DNA of 64,000 bases from Geopsychrobacteraceae bacterium (GCA_963662315.1 OY759353.1:3168001-3232000), one strand, 5' to 3'; counted from the first letter of the stretch, positions 21,678 to 32,804 are shown. The notes: generated by a model not told the origin, from the sequence alone. Numbers and translations: made by a program.

Positions 21678-22625
21678 TCAGATTCTGATATCGATATGTG
21701 CCTCAGAACGGATGTCCTTTTCCCATTGCTGGTAACGGGCTTGGGATTTTTCTTCACGCAGGATCTGTTCGATTTCCCCTTTGACGCGGTCGAACAGATG
21801 AATATCGCCAGGGTTACGATCGACAACCTGAAACAGGTGTAAAGAGCCGTTGAAATTGACCGCCTCGGAAACATCCCCTTTATTCAGCGGAGCCAGGATC
21901 TCCTGCAGTTGGGGAGCCAGGTCGGTTTCGACCATTTCGCCCATATCGACGCCGTCGGCATTGTCGGTTTGACCGGCGAGAGCCGTTTCAAAGTCGGTAC
22001 CGTCAAGCAGCAACTGGCGGGTCACTTCAATCTGCTTGTGCAACTGGTCCAGTTGTTCCTGTGTTGCGTTTTCCGGGACGCTATAAGCGATGTGGCGGAC
22101 ATGAATTTTGGGTTTGACCCGGTATTCTTCAATGTGCTCACGGAAGTAATCCCTGATTTCGCCACTGGTCACCATGACCTTGCGGCTGATTTCGCGCCCC
22201 ATCAACTTATACTGCAGGATTTCTCCTTTTAGCTTATCGCGATAGCTGGCCATGGTCATCCCCTGAGCATTCAGTGCATTGACCAGAGCTTCTTCCGTCA
22301 GGTTGTTTTTACGCCGGACATCGTCGATCGCAGCGCTGAGTTCGGACTCGGAAACTTCAAGACCAAGTTCTTTGATCTTCTGTTCCATCAGCTTATCGTT
22401 GATCAGTTTATCGAGGGTCTGGGTTTTGACCTGGTCAAACTGAGCCGCCGTTAACTGGTTCTGATTCGACATCTGGCTCAGATTGCTCTGAACCGCCTGA
22501 TCGAGCTGATAACTGGTGATAATATCGCCATTAACCACCGCAACGATGTGGCTTAAGGTTTTTGCGCTAACAGGAGCAGTAAACAGCCAGATACCAAGCA
22601 GGGCCAGCATGAAATAACGCATCAT
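21678..22625 (-). CDS. surA: SurA N-terminal domain / parvulin-like chaperone
   Basis: Signal peptide, IVAVVNGDIIT SurA-N motif and a degenerate rotamase domain; directly upstream of pdxA. Confidence 0.75.
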   Translation of the reverse strand: MMRYFMLALLGIWLFTAPVSAKTLSHIVAVVNGDIITSYQLDQAVQSNLSQMSNQNQLTAAQFDQVKTQTLDKLINDKLMEQKIKELGLEVSESELSAAIDDVRRKNNLTEEALVNALNAQGMTMASYRDKLKGEILQYKLMGREISRKVMVTSGEIRDYFREHIEEYRVKPKIHVRHIAYSVPENATQEQLDQLHKQIEVTRQLLLDGTDFETALAGQTDNADGVDMGEMVETDLAPQLQEILAPLNKGDVSEAVNFNGSLHLFQVVDRNPGDIHLFDRVKGEIEQILREEKSQARYQQWEKDIRSEAHIDIRI

Positions 22626-22651
22626 TGTCGTTCCTTCTATAAGATTAGTAA

Positions 22652-23608
22652 TCATTGGCGGGTGGTCGGTTCCAGTAACTGCCAATTAACGTTAATTACA
22701 GTTGATTTTCGGGCTGTTTCCAGCCACTCGTGAAAGATGTTTTCTTCCTGTTGCTGCCTGAGCCGCTCGTAGATTTCATCTTTGACAAGCACATACGGAC
22801 GAATGCCGGCCTGACGACGTCGTTCGACCAGGAACAGGTGGTAGCCATAAGGACTTTCTACCGGATCGCTGATCTGATCAACGGGCAGCTTGAAAAGTGT
22901 TGCATCAAATTCCTGCGGCAGAACACCTTTGGCAAAATAACCCAGATCTCCGCCATTTTCCCGGTCGGGGGACTGGGAATACTGCCCTGCAAGGGTTTCG
23001 AAATCAGCGCCGTTGCGAAACAGCTGGCGAACTTTTAGCGCTTCTTCGTGGCTACGCAGCAGCATTTGACGTGCCCGAACTTCGAGAGGACGACGGAATT
23101 CCTCTTTATGGTTGCGATAATAGTCTTCGAGCTGCTCCGATTCAATGGCCGGTTGCTGATTAACCAGAGCCGCCGTTACTTTGGCGGTTAGCAAGCGCTG
23201 GCGCAACGCCGCAAGCCAATTTTCGGGAGATTTCCCCTGCTCTTGCAGAAACTGGCCGAATTCTTCGCGGCTATACTGCCCCCGGACTTCCGCCCGGGCC
23301 GCATCGAGTTCATCAGGTGAGATGTCGATGTTAAGCAGTGCGGCTTGTGCGGCAAGCAATTCGCGATCAATCAGTTCCTGAACCAGGCGGGTCTTAATGC
23401 GCAGTTGATCCGTTTTTGTCAGCGTCTCCAGCTGGGGATAGTCCGCGCTGACTTCATGTTCAAACTGGGCCAGACTGACCTGGCGTTGACCCACTTCAAG
23501 TAATGGCGGCAATGCAGGCGCCGGAGGCTCCTGACAACCGCCACTGCTCAACAACAGAAAAAGCCCTGCAAGAAGCGCAAAATAACGCATTATTACTGCC
23601 TTAAACAT
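22652..23608 (-). CDS. PpiC-type peptidyl-prolyl isomerase lipoprotein
   Basis: FETLAGQYS, GGDLGYF, SDPVESPYGYHL; the start codon could be 23590. Confidence 0.85.
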   Translation of the reverse strand: MFKAVIMRYFALLAGLFLLLSSGGCQEPPAPALPPLLEVGQRQVSLAQFEHEVSADYPQLETLTKTDQLRIKTRLVQELIDRELLAAQAALLNIDISPDELDAARAEVRGQYSREEFGQFLQEQGKSPENWLAALRQRLLTAKVTAALVNQQPAIESEQLEDYYRNHKEEFRRPLEVRARQMLLRSHEEALKVRQLFRNGADFETLAGQYSQSPDRENGGDLGYFAKGVLPQEFDATLFKLPVDQISDPVESPYGYHLFLVERRRQAGIRPYVLVKDEIYERLRQQQEENIFHEWLETARKSTVINVNWQLLEPTTRQ

Positions 23609-23641
23609 TCAGAAAAAAACAGAAAAATCAGGCTATCACAG

Positions 23642-26600
23642 TCAGAAAAATGCTTGCAATTCTTTTCTGACGGTATTGACCAGTTCATCCTGAGGGAGGC
23701 GCCCGATGGTGATACTGAGGCGGAAGTCGGCGCCTAAACGGTATTTATCAGGCTGGCTGGTAAGCAACTGGCGAATCAGATCGGGAGAAATGGTGGTTGC
23801 CTCGTGGAACAGCAGGGTCAGGCGCTGACCATCATATTCGAGCAGTTCGATGAACAGCCGCTTCAGGATAATCCGTAAGCGCATGATACCAATCAGAGTC
23901 TGCCCCGCCTCCGGCAGTTCGCCGTAGCGATCGCGCAGTTCTTCGACCAGATCGAAAAGCTGTTCATCCTCTTCGGCGGCAGCCATCCGCTGATAGAACT
24001 GCAGTCTCTGGTTGGGGTCGGGCAGATACTTTTCAGCCAGGAAGGCAGATAGTCCCAGCCTGATTTCCGGGTCAATGCGGTCACTATGTTCCTGCCCGCG
24101 CAGGCGGCAGATAGTCTCTTCCAACAGTTCTGCATAAAGTTCGAAGCCGATTGCGGCAATCGGTCCGGATTGCTTGCCGCCCAGCAGGTCGCCAGCACCA
24201 CGTAATTCAAGGTCATGGCTGGCAATCCGGAAGCCAGCCCCGAGCTCAGTGAGTTCCTGCAGGATTTTCAGGCGTTCCCGCGCTTCCCTGGTCAGTGCTG
24301 CTTCGCCGGGGATCAGCAGGTAGGCGTAGGCACGCCGGTCACTGCGGCCGACGCGGCCGCGCAACTGATAGAGCTGAGACAGGCCGAAACAGTCGGCGCG
24401 ATTGACGATGATGGTATTGGCGCTCGGAATGTCGAGACCATTTTCAATGATGGTTGAAGCCACCAGCAGGTTACTGCGCCCCTCGATAAAATCGAGCATC
24501 ACCTGTTCAAGGTCTTTTTCGCTCATCTGGCCGTGGCCGACCGAGATTTTGGCTTCCGGAACCAACTGGCGCAGCTGGTCCGCCATGGCTTCGATGGTCT
24601 GGACCCGGTTGTGGACAAAATAGACCTGCCCGCCGCGGCGCAGCTCGCGCAGAATTGCCTGGCGCAGCAGATCGTCATCAAAGCGGGTCACGTAGGTGCG
24701 GATCGCCAGGCGGTCGACTGGTGCGGTTTCGATAACCGACAGGTCGCGCAGACCGGCCATACTCATGTGCAGGGTGCGCGGAATCGGCGTGGCGCTTAAG
24801 GTCAGAATATCAACTTCAGCACGCAACTGCTTGAGCTTTTCTTTATGGCTGACCCCGAAGCGCTGCTCTTCGTCGACAATCAGCAAGCCCAGATCTTTAA
24901 AGCGAACGTCGCGTTGCAGCAGGCGGTGGGTGCCGATGAGGATATCAACCTTGCCGGCGGCAGCGGCCTCCAGGGTGGCTTTGTTTTCTGCCGGGGAACG
25001 GAAGCGCGACACCATTTCAACGCGGATCGGGAAATCGCTCAGACGCTGGCGGAAGCCTTCCCAGTGTTGGCGGGCCAGGACCGTGGTCGGCACCAGCACA
25101 GCAACCTGCTTGTCATCGAGCACGGCTTTAACCGCGGCCCGCAGGGCAACTTCGGTCTTTCCGTAACCAACATCACCACAGATGAGACGATCCATCGGTT
25201 TTTCCGACTGCATATCGCTGAGGGTGTCCTGAATGGCCTGCAGCTGATCAGCCGTTTCCTCATGGGGAAAGGTTGCTTCAAATTCCTGAAACAGCTGATC
25301 CGGTGGTGAAAAGGCAAAGCCCTTGCGCAGTTCCCGTTTGGCATACAGTTCAAGCAGCTGGCGGGCCAGCTCTTCGACGGCGGCGCGTGCTTTAAGGCGC
25401 GCTTTCTCCCACCCCTGCCCCCCCATTTTGTCAAGTTTGGGGGTGTAGCCTTCGCCGCCGACATATTTCTGGATCTTTTCGATTCGCTCAATGGGCAGAT
25501 AAAGCTTGTCGTTGCCGGCATATTCAAGGTGGAGGAAGTCACCTTCGAGGGTACCGGTGACCAGGTGGGTCAACCCCAGGTAGCGGCCGATACCGTGATC
25601 GGTATGGACGATGAAATCGCCCTCGCGCAGTTCCGCCAGGCTGGCCATCAGCTGACGGGCCCGCTGGCGGCCGGTCTTTTTACGCCGGTGGCTGCGCTGA
25701 CCGAAGATATCTTCGTCACTAATGACGTTGAGTTTTTCTTGGGGGAGGAAGAAACCGCTATTGACCGGTCCGACGGTCAGGCGGATGGTTCCCGCTGTAA
25801 TCTTCGCCGGGGTAATGTTGGTTTCCGTCTGCAACTGGATATCATGGGCGGCAAGGAGTTGTTGCAGGCGCTCGGCCTGACTGCGCTGATAACAGACCAG
25901 CAGCGTCTTGAGGCCATTACTGCGATTGCTCTGGAGTTGTTCAAGCAGTGGCTCGAGGCCGTCCTTGTCCTCTTGGGGCTTGGCTTTAAGTGCAGCATTG
26001 CCATGACAACTGAAACGGAAACGTAGTCTGCCGTCGTCAAGCTGCATAACCTGCAGCAGGGGAAATTCGATCCGTCCCGTGGCCTGGGTCACCTCGGCAA
26101 CCTGGGCTGGTTCGAGGTACAGTTCCTGGCGCCGGACATGGATGGTTCCGCTGTTCTGCATGCGTGTTTCGCCATCGCGAATGTCACGGTGAAAGCGATC
26201 GATCTCCTGTTCGACGGCAGGCGGGTCGATAATGACCGGCTGACAGTTGCCCAGGTAGGCAGTCAGGGAATCGAGACCGGGATAGTTGAGGGGGAGCAGA
26301 AAATTCCGCCCGGGGGCCAGAATCCCTTCGCGCACTTCGGTCATGATGGTTTCACGGTCGCTGCGGGTAATGGCGAGTTCATCACAGCGCAATTTAAGCT
26401 TTTCTGCGAAGGTCTCAAGAAACGGACCGTGCAGGATCATTTCGCGGGCCGGGATCAGTTCCAGCTGCTCAATGGTTTGTGCTTCACTGCGCTGATTTTC
26501 CGGGTTGAAGGGGCGCATCCGTTCAATGAAATCGCCATAAAAATCGATGCGGATCGGCTGTTCGGCCGCTGGCGGAAAAATATCGATGATATCACCGCGC

Positions 26601-27127
26601 ACGGCAAAGTTGCCACGCTCTTCAACCAGGGGGACCGGCTGATAGCCGAGCTGCATGAAATTTTCCAGTAACTGCTCGCGGGGGTATTCTTCTTCGAGGA
26701 TCAGCCGTATGGAGACGGCCTCCAGAACCTGCCGCGGAATGATTTTCTGCATCAGGGCGCGGACCGGAATGACAAGCGCTTTGAGTTGCTGCTTCAGCAA
26801 CGCCGCCAAGGCGGCCATGCGATTGGCTTCAAGTTCCGGGTGCGGCGACAGCGGATCGTAAGGATTCAGCTCCCAATGGGGTAGCAGGCAGATGTCATCG
26901 GGACGCGAATAAAAGAATTTCAGTTCGTCGACCAACCGGCGTCCCTGTTCCTGATCCTCACAAATGATCACCAGAGGTTTGTCGCAGGCCGGCAGCAGCT
27001 TGGCCAGTACATAGGCAGCCGCCGAACCATGTAAGCCAAGTACTTCCAGCACCTGGGGCCGCTGACGCAGCCCGTCGCTCAGGCTGCTGATGGTCGCATG
27101 ACGCACATCCTGTTGTTCACTGTCCAT
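23642..27127 (-). CDS. mfd: Transcription-repair coupling factor
   Basis: UvrB-like N-terminus, CarD/RID (VHTDHGIGRY), GDVGYGKTEV, DEEQRFGV, QLRGRVGR and TRCF C-terminus. Confidence 0.97.
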   Translation of the reverse strand: MDSEQQDVRHATISSLSDGLRQRPQVLEVLGLHGSAAAYVLAKLLPACDKPLVIICEDQEQGRRLVDELKFFYSRPDDICLLPHWELNPYDPLSPHPELEANRMAALAALLKQQLKALVIPVRALMQKIIPRQVLEAVSIRLILEEEYPREQLLENFMQLGYQPVPLVEERGNFAVRGDIIDIFPPAAEQPIRIDFYGDFIERMRPFNPENQRSEAQTIEQLELIPAREMILHGPFLETFAEKLKLRCDELAITRSDRETIMTEVREGILAPGRNFLLPLNYPGLDSLTAYLGNCQPVIIDPPAVEQEIDRFHRDIRDGETRMQNSGTIHVRRQELYLEPAQVAEVTQATGRIEFPLLQVMQLDDGRLRFRFSCHGNAALKAKPQEDKDGLEPLLEQLQSNRSNGLKTLLVCYQRSQAERLQQLLAAHDIQLQTETNITPAKITAGTIRLTVGPVNSGFFLPQEKLNVISDEDIFGQRSHRRKKTGRQRARQLMASLAELREGDFIVHTDHGIGRYLGLTHLVTGTLEGDFLHLEYAGNDKLYLPIERIEKIQKYVGGEGYTPKLDKMGGQGWEKARLKARAAVEELARQLLELYAKRELRKGFAFSPPDQLFQEFEATFPHEETADQLQAIQDTLSDMQSEKPMDRLICGDVGYGKTEVALRAAVKAVLDDKQVAVLVPTTVLARQHWEGFRQRLSDFPIRVEMVSRFRSPAENKATLEAAAAGKVDILIGTHRLLQRDVRFKDLGLLIVDEEQRFGVSHKEKLKQLRAEVDILTLSATPIPRTLHMSMAGLRDLSVIETAPVDRLAIRTYVTRFDDDLLRQAILRELRRGGQVYFVHNRVQTIEAMADQLRQLVPEAKISVGHGQMSEKDLEQVMLDFIEGRSNLLVASTIIENGLDIPSANTIIVNRADCFGLSQLYQLRGRVGRSDRRAYAYLLIPGEAALTREARERLKILQELTELGAGFRIASHDLELRGAGDLLGGKQSGPIAAIGFELYAELLEETICRLRGQEHSDRIDPEIRLGLSAFLAEKYLPDPNQRLQFYQRMAAAEEDEQLFDLVEELRDRYGELPEAGQTLIGIMRLRIILKRLFIELLEYDGQRLTLLFHEATTISPDLIRQLLTSQPDKYRLGADFRLSITIGRLPQDELVNTVRKELQAFF

Positions 27128-27140
27128 AACCGTTCCACAT

Positions 27141-27176
27141 AAGAAAAAGCGAAAGGGTGCACCTCTGGTACACCCT
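27141..27176 (-). terminator. Terminator-like hairpin between nadA and mfd
   Basis: Minus strand AGGGTGTACC-AGA-GGTGCACCCT followed by TTCGCTTTTTCTT. Confidence 0.55.
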
Positions 27177-27250
27177 CTTATAACATTTGCTGACGAAGTT
27201 TATCCGTTACTTAAAACGAGCCTTCGGGATGCTGCAAAAATTAGAGAGAA

Positions 27251-27390
27251 ATTTCTGATGCTGAAGCAATTAATTTTTCGTTGTGGCAAGGAAATCAGGA
27301 TCTTGCGCGGAGGCGTAGTGCTTTACGCCGCACAAGCAAGACCGCAGGTTGACGCCGCCACAGCGGAAAAGGGCTGCTTCGGGGACGAAA
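27251..27390. repeat. About 140-bp nested-palindrome element (MITE/REP-like) abutting the nadA stop
   Basis: Nested complementary arms GAAGCA/TGCTTC, TTTTCGTTGTGGC/GCCACAGCGGAAAA, TCTTGC/GCAAGA and GGCGTA/TACGCC. Confidence 0.6.
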
Positions 27391-27391
27391 T

Positions 27392-28309
27392 TCAGTCGCG
27401 CGGTGCCGCCAGCATCCGCTCAAGACTCCCCTTGGCCTTAAGCCGTACATCTTCTGGTACCGTTACTGCCGGGGCCATATTCTGCAGGCATTCCAGCACA
27501 TCCTCAAGGGAGGTCAGCTTCATGTTGGGGCACACCAGTCCTCGACTGGGGATGATAAATTCCTTACCGGGATTGTCCTTTTTCAGGCGCCAGAGGATGC
27601 CGTTTTCCGTGCCGACAATGAATGTTTTGGCGGGATTGGTCCGGGCAAACTCATACATACCGCTGGTGGAACAGATATGATCAGCCAACTCGAGAAGATC
27701 GGGGCGACATTCGGGATGCGCCATGAACAGGGCGTCAGGGTGTTCTGCTTTGGCCTTGATCACTTCTTCGGTTTTAAGACGATCATGGGTCGGGCAGTAG
27801 CCGTCCCAGATGATACACTCTTTCTCCGGCACATGCTTGGCCATGTAGGCACCAAGGTTACGGTCCGGAACCAGCAGCAGCTTTTTAGCCTTAAGGGAGC
27901 GGACGACGCTGATAGCGTTGGAGCTGGTGCAGCAGATATCACTTTCGGCTTTGACGGCGGCCGACGAGTTGACATAGGTCACCACTGTCGCGTCAGGGTG
28001 TTGCTGCTTGAGTTCACGCAGGGCCTCCGCAGTAACCATGTCAGCCATGGGACAACCGGCATCAGTGCGAGGCAGCAGAATGGTTTTGTCCGGAGCAAGG
28101 ATAGCGGCGCTTTCAGCCATGAAATGCACTCCGCAGAAGACGATGACTTGTTTATCAGTCTTGGCGGCTTCCATTGATAACGCCAGAGAATCTCCGGTGA
28201 TATCGGCAATTTCCTGAACTTCATCGCGTTGATAATTATGGGCAATCAGCAGGGCATCTTTTTCAGCGGCCAGTTGCTTAATCTGCTGTTTGATTTGGTC
28301 TTGAGTCAT
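27392..28309 (-). CDS. nadA: Quinolinate synthase A
   Basis: [42 protein letters not shown]. Confidence 0.97.
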   Translation of the reverse strand: MTQDQIKQQIKQLAAEKDALLIAHNYQRDEVQEIADITGDSLALSMEAAKTDKQVIVFCGVHFMAESAAILAPDKTILLPRTDAGCPMADMVTAEALRELKQQHPDATVVTYVNSSAAVKAESDICCTSSNAISVVRSLKAKKLLLVPDRNLGAYMAKHVPEKECIIWDGYCPTHDRLKTEEVIKAKAEHPDALFMAHPECRPDLLELADHICSTSGMYEFARTNPAKTFIVGTENGILWRLKKDNPGKEFIIPSRGLVCPNMKLTSLEDVLECLQNMAPAVTVPEDVRLKAKGSLERMLAAPRD

Positions 28310-28424
28310 GACTCACTCTCACTTGCTGTAACGTGTTGAGTTCTGATAAAAAACTGATTTTCTTGACAAGGAAAACCCAGGTTAACGACACAGGTCGAAG
28401 CGGTAAAAATAAATGCGAGTCCGG

Positions 28425-28505
28425 ATCGTAGACCAAACCCCCTGATATGTCAATCTTTTGCCCAGTTTCAGGGCGCTTGACAGGGGGTGGTTAAGGGGCT
28501 ATTCT
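28425..28505. promoter_or_regulatory. Back-to-back sigma-70 promoters for nadA (-) and tatBC (+)
   Basis: Minus: TTGACA(28453-28448)-N17-TACGAT. Plus: TTGACA(28477-28482)-N17-TATTCT. Confidence 0.7.
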
Positions 28506-28662
28506 CGCCGGGATAGCGCTGGTGGAACGGCTGGTTTCAGGCCGTATCTGCTGATTTGATAACGTCAATTTAGTAAATTTTTCAGGGCTCTGCACGAGTT
28601 GAACCGTGACATGATTCTGCGCGGTTATGAATCTGAAGAGCACTAAGCGGAGAACTGCTGAA

Positions 28663-29013
28663 ATGTTTGGTATTGGCATGTCCGAGATGATTCTTATTGC
28701 CGCTCTGGCATTGATTGTCATCGGACCAAAAAAACTTCCCGGACTGGCCCGTTCTCTCGGGCGTGGTTTTGCTGAATTCAAGCGCGCCACCAACGAGCTT
28801 AAAAATACCTTTGAAATGGAGATGAAGGCCGATCAGGAGCGTCACGACAAACCGCTGGTCAAGGCCCCGCAGGAACAAGCTGCTGCGGATCGCTTTGGCG
28901 ATCTGCCTGAAGCTCCGGAACCTGAGCCGGTAGCGGTAACCACAGGCAGCGACGAAACCAGCGAGGAAATGATCCAAGCACAAACCAGCGGGGAGCACAA
29001 AGAGCATGTCTGA
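28663..29013 (+). CDS. tatB: Twin-arginine translocase TatB/TatA-family subunit
   Basis: [26 protein letters not shown]; directly upstream of tatC. Confidence 0.85.
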   Translation: MFGIGMSEMILIAALALIVIGPKKLPGLARSLGRGFAEFKRATNELKNTFEMEMKADQERHDKPLVKAPQEQAAADRFGDLPEAPEPEPVAVTTGSDETSEEMIQAQTSGEHKEHV

Positions 29014-29767
29014 AGGAATGGCTTTAACCGAGCATCTCACGGAACTGCGTAAGCGTCTGATCATAGCAGCCGGGGCATGGCTGGTTGCTTTTCTCGCCTG
29101 CTACTCCTATGGTGAGAAAATATTTTCGTATGTCGCCGAACCGGTACGAGCCGCCCTTCCGGAAGGGAGTTCCCTGGTTTTTATCAATGCGACGGAGCCT
29201 TTTTTTACCATCCTGAAAGTTTCCGCTCTTGCCGGTCTGGTCGTCGCCTTTCCGATTATTATCTGGCAGACCTGGAATTTTGTGGCGCCTGGCTTGTATG
29301 CCCATGAAAAGCGTATGGTCATCCCCTTCGTGCTGTTCAGTTCCTTGTGCTTCGGCAGCGGGACCTATTTTGGTTTTACTCTGGTTTTTCCCATGGTCTT
29401 CACCTTTCTGGTAACCTACGGGACCAGTGTCGGTGGGGTTCAGGCGATGCTGTCCATGGGGGCCTACCTGACGCTGGCGACCCGCCTTTTGCTGGCTTTT
29501 GGACTCGTGTTTGAGCTGCCGATCGTGATTTTCTTTTTGGCCCGCATGGGAATTGTTGATCATAAGTGGCTGGCTCGGAACCGGAAGTACGCGCTACTGG
29601 TGGCCTTTATTGTCGGTGCGGTGTTGACCCCGCCGGATGTGTTTTCACAGGCCTCCATCGCGCTCCCCTTTATCATTCTGTATGAGGTCGGTATCATTGT
29701 CGCACGCCTGTTCGGCAAGAAAAAAGTTACCAGTGAAGATGAGGACGCAGAGGAAGCAGCAGTCTGA
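29006..29767 (+). CDS. tatC: Twin-arginine translocase TatC
   Basis: [25 protein letters not shown]. Confidence 0.96.
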   Translation: MSEGMALTEHLTELRKRLIIAAGAWLVAFLACYSYGEKIFSYVAEPVRAALPEGSSLVFINATEPFFTILKVSALAGLVVAFPIIIWQTWNFVAPGLYAHEKRMVIPFVLFSSLCFGSGTYFGFTLVFPMVFTFLVTYGTSVGGVQAMLSMGAYLTLATRLLLAFGLVFELPIVIFFLARMGIVDHKWLARNRKYALLVAFIVGAVLTPPDVFSQASIALPFIILYEVGIIVARLFGKKKVTSEDEDAEEAAV

Positions 29768-29795
29768 CGCGTTTTGCATGAAAGATTTTATCCTG

Positions 29796-29827
29796 AAAAG
29801 CCCGGTTGTCATACTGGGCTTTTTTTT
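29796..29827 (+). terminator. Intrinsic terminator after tatC
   Basis: AAAAGCCCGGT-TGTCAT-ACTGGGCTTTT with a long T tail. Confidence 0.8.
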
Positions 29828-29903
29828 CGGCACGGCTCCTGCTTGACAACAGAAAATGTGAACCGCAAGATAATGTGACATTTCCTCCTGGGATTATTTC
29901 TTT

Positions 29904-31394
29904 ATGCGCCTGACAATTAAAATCACATTTGCTGTTTTACTCGGGGTTGCGTTGATTTTTTCGGCCTACAGCTACCTGTCGATTCAACGTGAGCGTGAGC
30001 AGCTGAAAAAAAATCTGAGCCGGGAAGCGCGTCATATCGGTGAGAGTCTGCGGGTTATTGTGACGGAATTATGGCAGCAGCGCGGGGAAGCTCAAGCCCT
30101 TGATTTCCTGCAGCGAGCCAATCTCGGCTATTCTCATACTCTGGTGCGCTGGGTGTGGATATTTGAAGATACCCCGGCCAAGTATCGGCCACGGGTGCCT
30201 CTGGACCAACTTGACGACCTGCATGATGAAGAGACCGTGTCTCTATTGGCCGGTTCTGAGGATGGGCGTGATTTTCTTCTGACCTACCTGCCGTTACTGA
30301 CAACAGACGGGCGCTTAGGTGCCATAGAACTGTCAGAATCGATGGATGAAATGCACGATTATGTGCAGGAAAGTCTGCGCCGCTCAGCCATGGTTATCGG
30401 TGCCTCCATTATTTCTGGCTTGTTGTTCATGGGGGTGTTGGGGAGTATCTGGATTGATCGGCCGATGCGCAGAATCAAGGCTCAGGCCGAACTGATTGGA
30501 ACCGGGGATTTTACCACCAGCATCAATTTTAACGGCAAAGGTGATATTGCCGAACTATCGAGTACCATTGAACGGATGCGCGGCCAGTTGGCGGCAGCGC
30601 GTGAGGCTGAAGAAAGAGCCAACGAGGAAAAAATTGCGGCCCTTGAAAAGTTGCGCCATACGGAACGGCTGGCGACTTTGGGACAGTTATCGGCCGGCAT
30701 GGCTCATGAGCTGGGGACGCCGCTGAATGTTATCAGCGGGCGGGCCAAGTTGATCCGCAGCCCAGGAATGCTGGCGGAAGATATTGATCGCTCAGCACGG
30801 ATTATCGGCGAACAGGCCGAACGCATGACAGATATCATGCGCCAGTTACTCAGTTTTGCTCGGCGTGGGGAGTCGCGTAAACAGAATATTGATGTCAATG
30901 GCCTGTTACATGTTGTAGAGCCGCTGCTGGAGCCGATGGCTCATAAAAACAAAGTGGAGATGAAGCTGATTGCCGCCGATCAAACGATTCAGGTCGAAGC
31001 GGATCCTGGCCAGTTGCAGCAGGTTCTGCTGAATCTGATGCTGAATGGTATTCAGGCGATGCCGGACGGTGGTACCTTGACCATCTCATGCGCGCTCTGT
31101 GCTTGTGACAGTGTTCCTGAAAACATTAAACATCGCGAACAACCCTGGGTTTGTCTGACCGTTTGTGACCAGGGGACCGGTATCGATGTGAACACACTCA
31201 GTCATATATTCGATCCTTTTTTCACGACCAAGGATATCGGCCAGGGGACTGGATTGGGGCTTTCCATCGCCTATGGTATTGTTGAAGAACATGGCGGCTG
31301 GATAGGGGTCGATAGCAGCCCCGGCCAGGGGAGTTGCTTTACCGTCTATCTGCCCCATAAAACCGCAACTGAAACAGTAGAGAACTATGGATAA
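29904..31394 (+). CDS. HAMP sensor histidine kinase (NtrB-like class)
   Basis: Two TM segments, HAMP, AHELGTPL, FDPFFTTK, GTGLGLSI. Confidence 0.92.
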   Translation: MRLTIKITFAVLLGVALIFSAYSYLSIQREREQLKKNLSREARHIGESLRVIVTELWQQRGEAQALDFLQRANLGYSHTLVRWVWIFEDTPAKYRPRVPLDQLDDLHDEETVSLLAGSEDGRDFLLTYLPLLTTDGRLGAIELSESMDEMHDYVQESLRRSAMVIGASIISGLLFMGVLGSIWIDRPMRRIKAQAELIGTGDFTTSINFNGKGDIAELSSTIERMRGQLAAAREAEERANEEKIAALEKLRHTERLATLGQLSAGMAHELGTPLNVISGRAKLIRSPGMLAEDIDRSARIIGEQAERMTDIMRQLLSFARRGESRKQNIDVNGLLHVVEPLLEPMAHKNKVEMKLIAADQTIQVEADPGQLQQVLLNLMLNGIQAMPDGGTLTISCALCACDSVPENIKHREQPWVCLTVCDQGTGIDVNTLSHIFDPFFTTKDIGQGTGLGLSIAYGIVEEHGGWIGVDSSPGQGSCFTVYLPHKTATETVENYG

Positions 31395-32745
31395 ACAACC
31401 TGGGAAAATTCTTGTTATTGATGACGATCGGGCTCTGTGCGAACTGCTGGAGGAAGACCTTGGCCGGCGGGGCCATCAGGTGTTCGGTGCTCTGAATGTT
31501 ACCACGGCGCGTGAGCTGCTTCATCAGCGTGAGGTTGATATTGTCCTGACCGATCTGAATATGCCGGGAGTCAACGGTATCGATTTTTGTGCCGAGCTGC
31601 ACGACAACCGCCCTGATCTGCCGGTGGTGATCATGACTGCTTTTGGGAGCCTGGAAACGGCCATTTCGGCGTTGCGGGCCGGCGCTTACGATTTTGTCAC
31701 CAAGCCGGTTGACCTTGATCTGCTGGCCATCTCCCTTGAGCGGGCGTTGCAGCACCGTTATCTGAAAGAGCGGGTCCGTTTGCTGAACGAGCAGGTTCGT
31801 CGTCAGCAGCCTGATGATGAGCTGATGGGCGAAAGCTCCGGTCTGCTTAAAATTAAGGAGCAGATTGTTCGGATCGCTGATCTGGATACATCGGTTCTGA
31901 TCAGTGGTGAAAGCGGTACCGGCAAGGAACTGGTTGCGCGGGCGCTGCATCGTCAAAGCCGCCGGCGTGATGGCCCTTTTGTGGCGGTCAACTGTGCCGC
32001 ACTGCCGGAAAGTTTATTGGAAAGTGAATTGTTCGGCCATGTGCGCGGCGCCTTTACCGATGCCCGGGAGAACCGCAAGGGGCTGTTTGTTGAAGCGTCA
32101 GGCGGAACACTGCTGCTTGATGAAATCGGTGAAATGCCCCTGGCTCTGCAGCCGAAACTGTTGCGGGTGCTGGAAGACCATAAGGTGCGGCCCCTCGGGG
32201 GCAGTCAGGAAATTGCCTGTAATGTCCGGGTGCTGGCGGCCAGCCATCGCGATTTGAGTGAAGCGGTTGGCAAGGGCACCTTCCGTAACGATCTCTATTA
32301 CCGGCTCAACGTCATTCAGCTGGAGTTGCCCCCGCTGCGCCAGCGTGGCAATGATATCCTGTTGCTCGCCCAACGCTTTATCAATGAACTCAGCCAACGT
32401 TTCAATAAATCGGTCACCGGTCTGTCTCAGCCTGCTGCGGCATGTTTGCTGGCTTATCATTGGCCGGGGAATATCCGGGAATTGCGCAATGTTATCGAAC
32501 GTGCCCTGGCTCTGACCCTGCACGATCAGCTGACGGTTGAAGATCTGCCCGAACAGGTTCGTCATCCCAGTGGCACGATGCCGCTCCCCAACAGCCTGGT
32601 TGATCCGGGGAATATCCTCCCGCTGGAAGAGATGGAGCGCCGCTACATTCACCAGGTGCTCGAACAACTGGAAGGTAACCGCACCCTGGCGGCAAAGTTG
32701 CTGGGTGTCGATCGCAAGACCCTCTATCGCAAAATGAAGGAATGA
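31387..32745 (+). CDS. Sigma-54-dependent response regulator (NtrC family)
   Basis: REC, GESGTGKE, GAFTDA (GAFTGA variant), WPGNIREL and a Fis-type HTH. Confidence 0.95.
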   Translation: MDKQPGKILVIDDDRALCELLEEDLGRRGHQVFGALNVTTARELLHQREVDIVLTDLNMPGVNGIDFCAELHDNRPDLPVVIMTAFGSLETAISALRAGAYDFVTKPVDLDLLAISLERALQHRYLKERVRLLNEQVRRQQPDDELMGESSGLLKIKEQIVRIADLDTSVLISGESGTGKELVARALHRQSRRRDGPFVAVNCAALPESLLESELFGHVRGAFTDARENRKGLFVEASGGTLLLDEIGEMPLALQPKLLRVLEDHKVRPLGGSQEIACNVRVLAASHRDLSEAVGKGTFRNDLYYRLNVIQLELPPLRQRGNDILLLAQRFINELSQRFNKSVTGLSQPAAACLLAYHWPGNIRELRNVIERALALTLHDQLTVEDLPEQVRHPSGTMPLPNSLVDPGNILPLEEMERRYIHQVLEQLEGNRTLAAKLLGVDRKTLYRKMKE

Positions 32746-32804
32746 GAAGTTCTCTCCTTCATTTTGCATTTCAAATTTCACCTCTGAGATTTCACAGCGG
32801 ATTG

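Noticed and set aside
27258..27680. 140-aa plus-strand ORF
   Set aside because: Made of the palindromic repeat plus the antisense of nadA.
28507..28600. GCCGGGATAGC.. start resembling a tRNA 5' end
   Set aside because: No T-loop (GTTCRA), cloverleaf or acceptor-stem complement; more likely the tatB leader.
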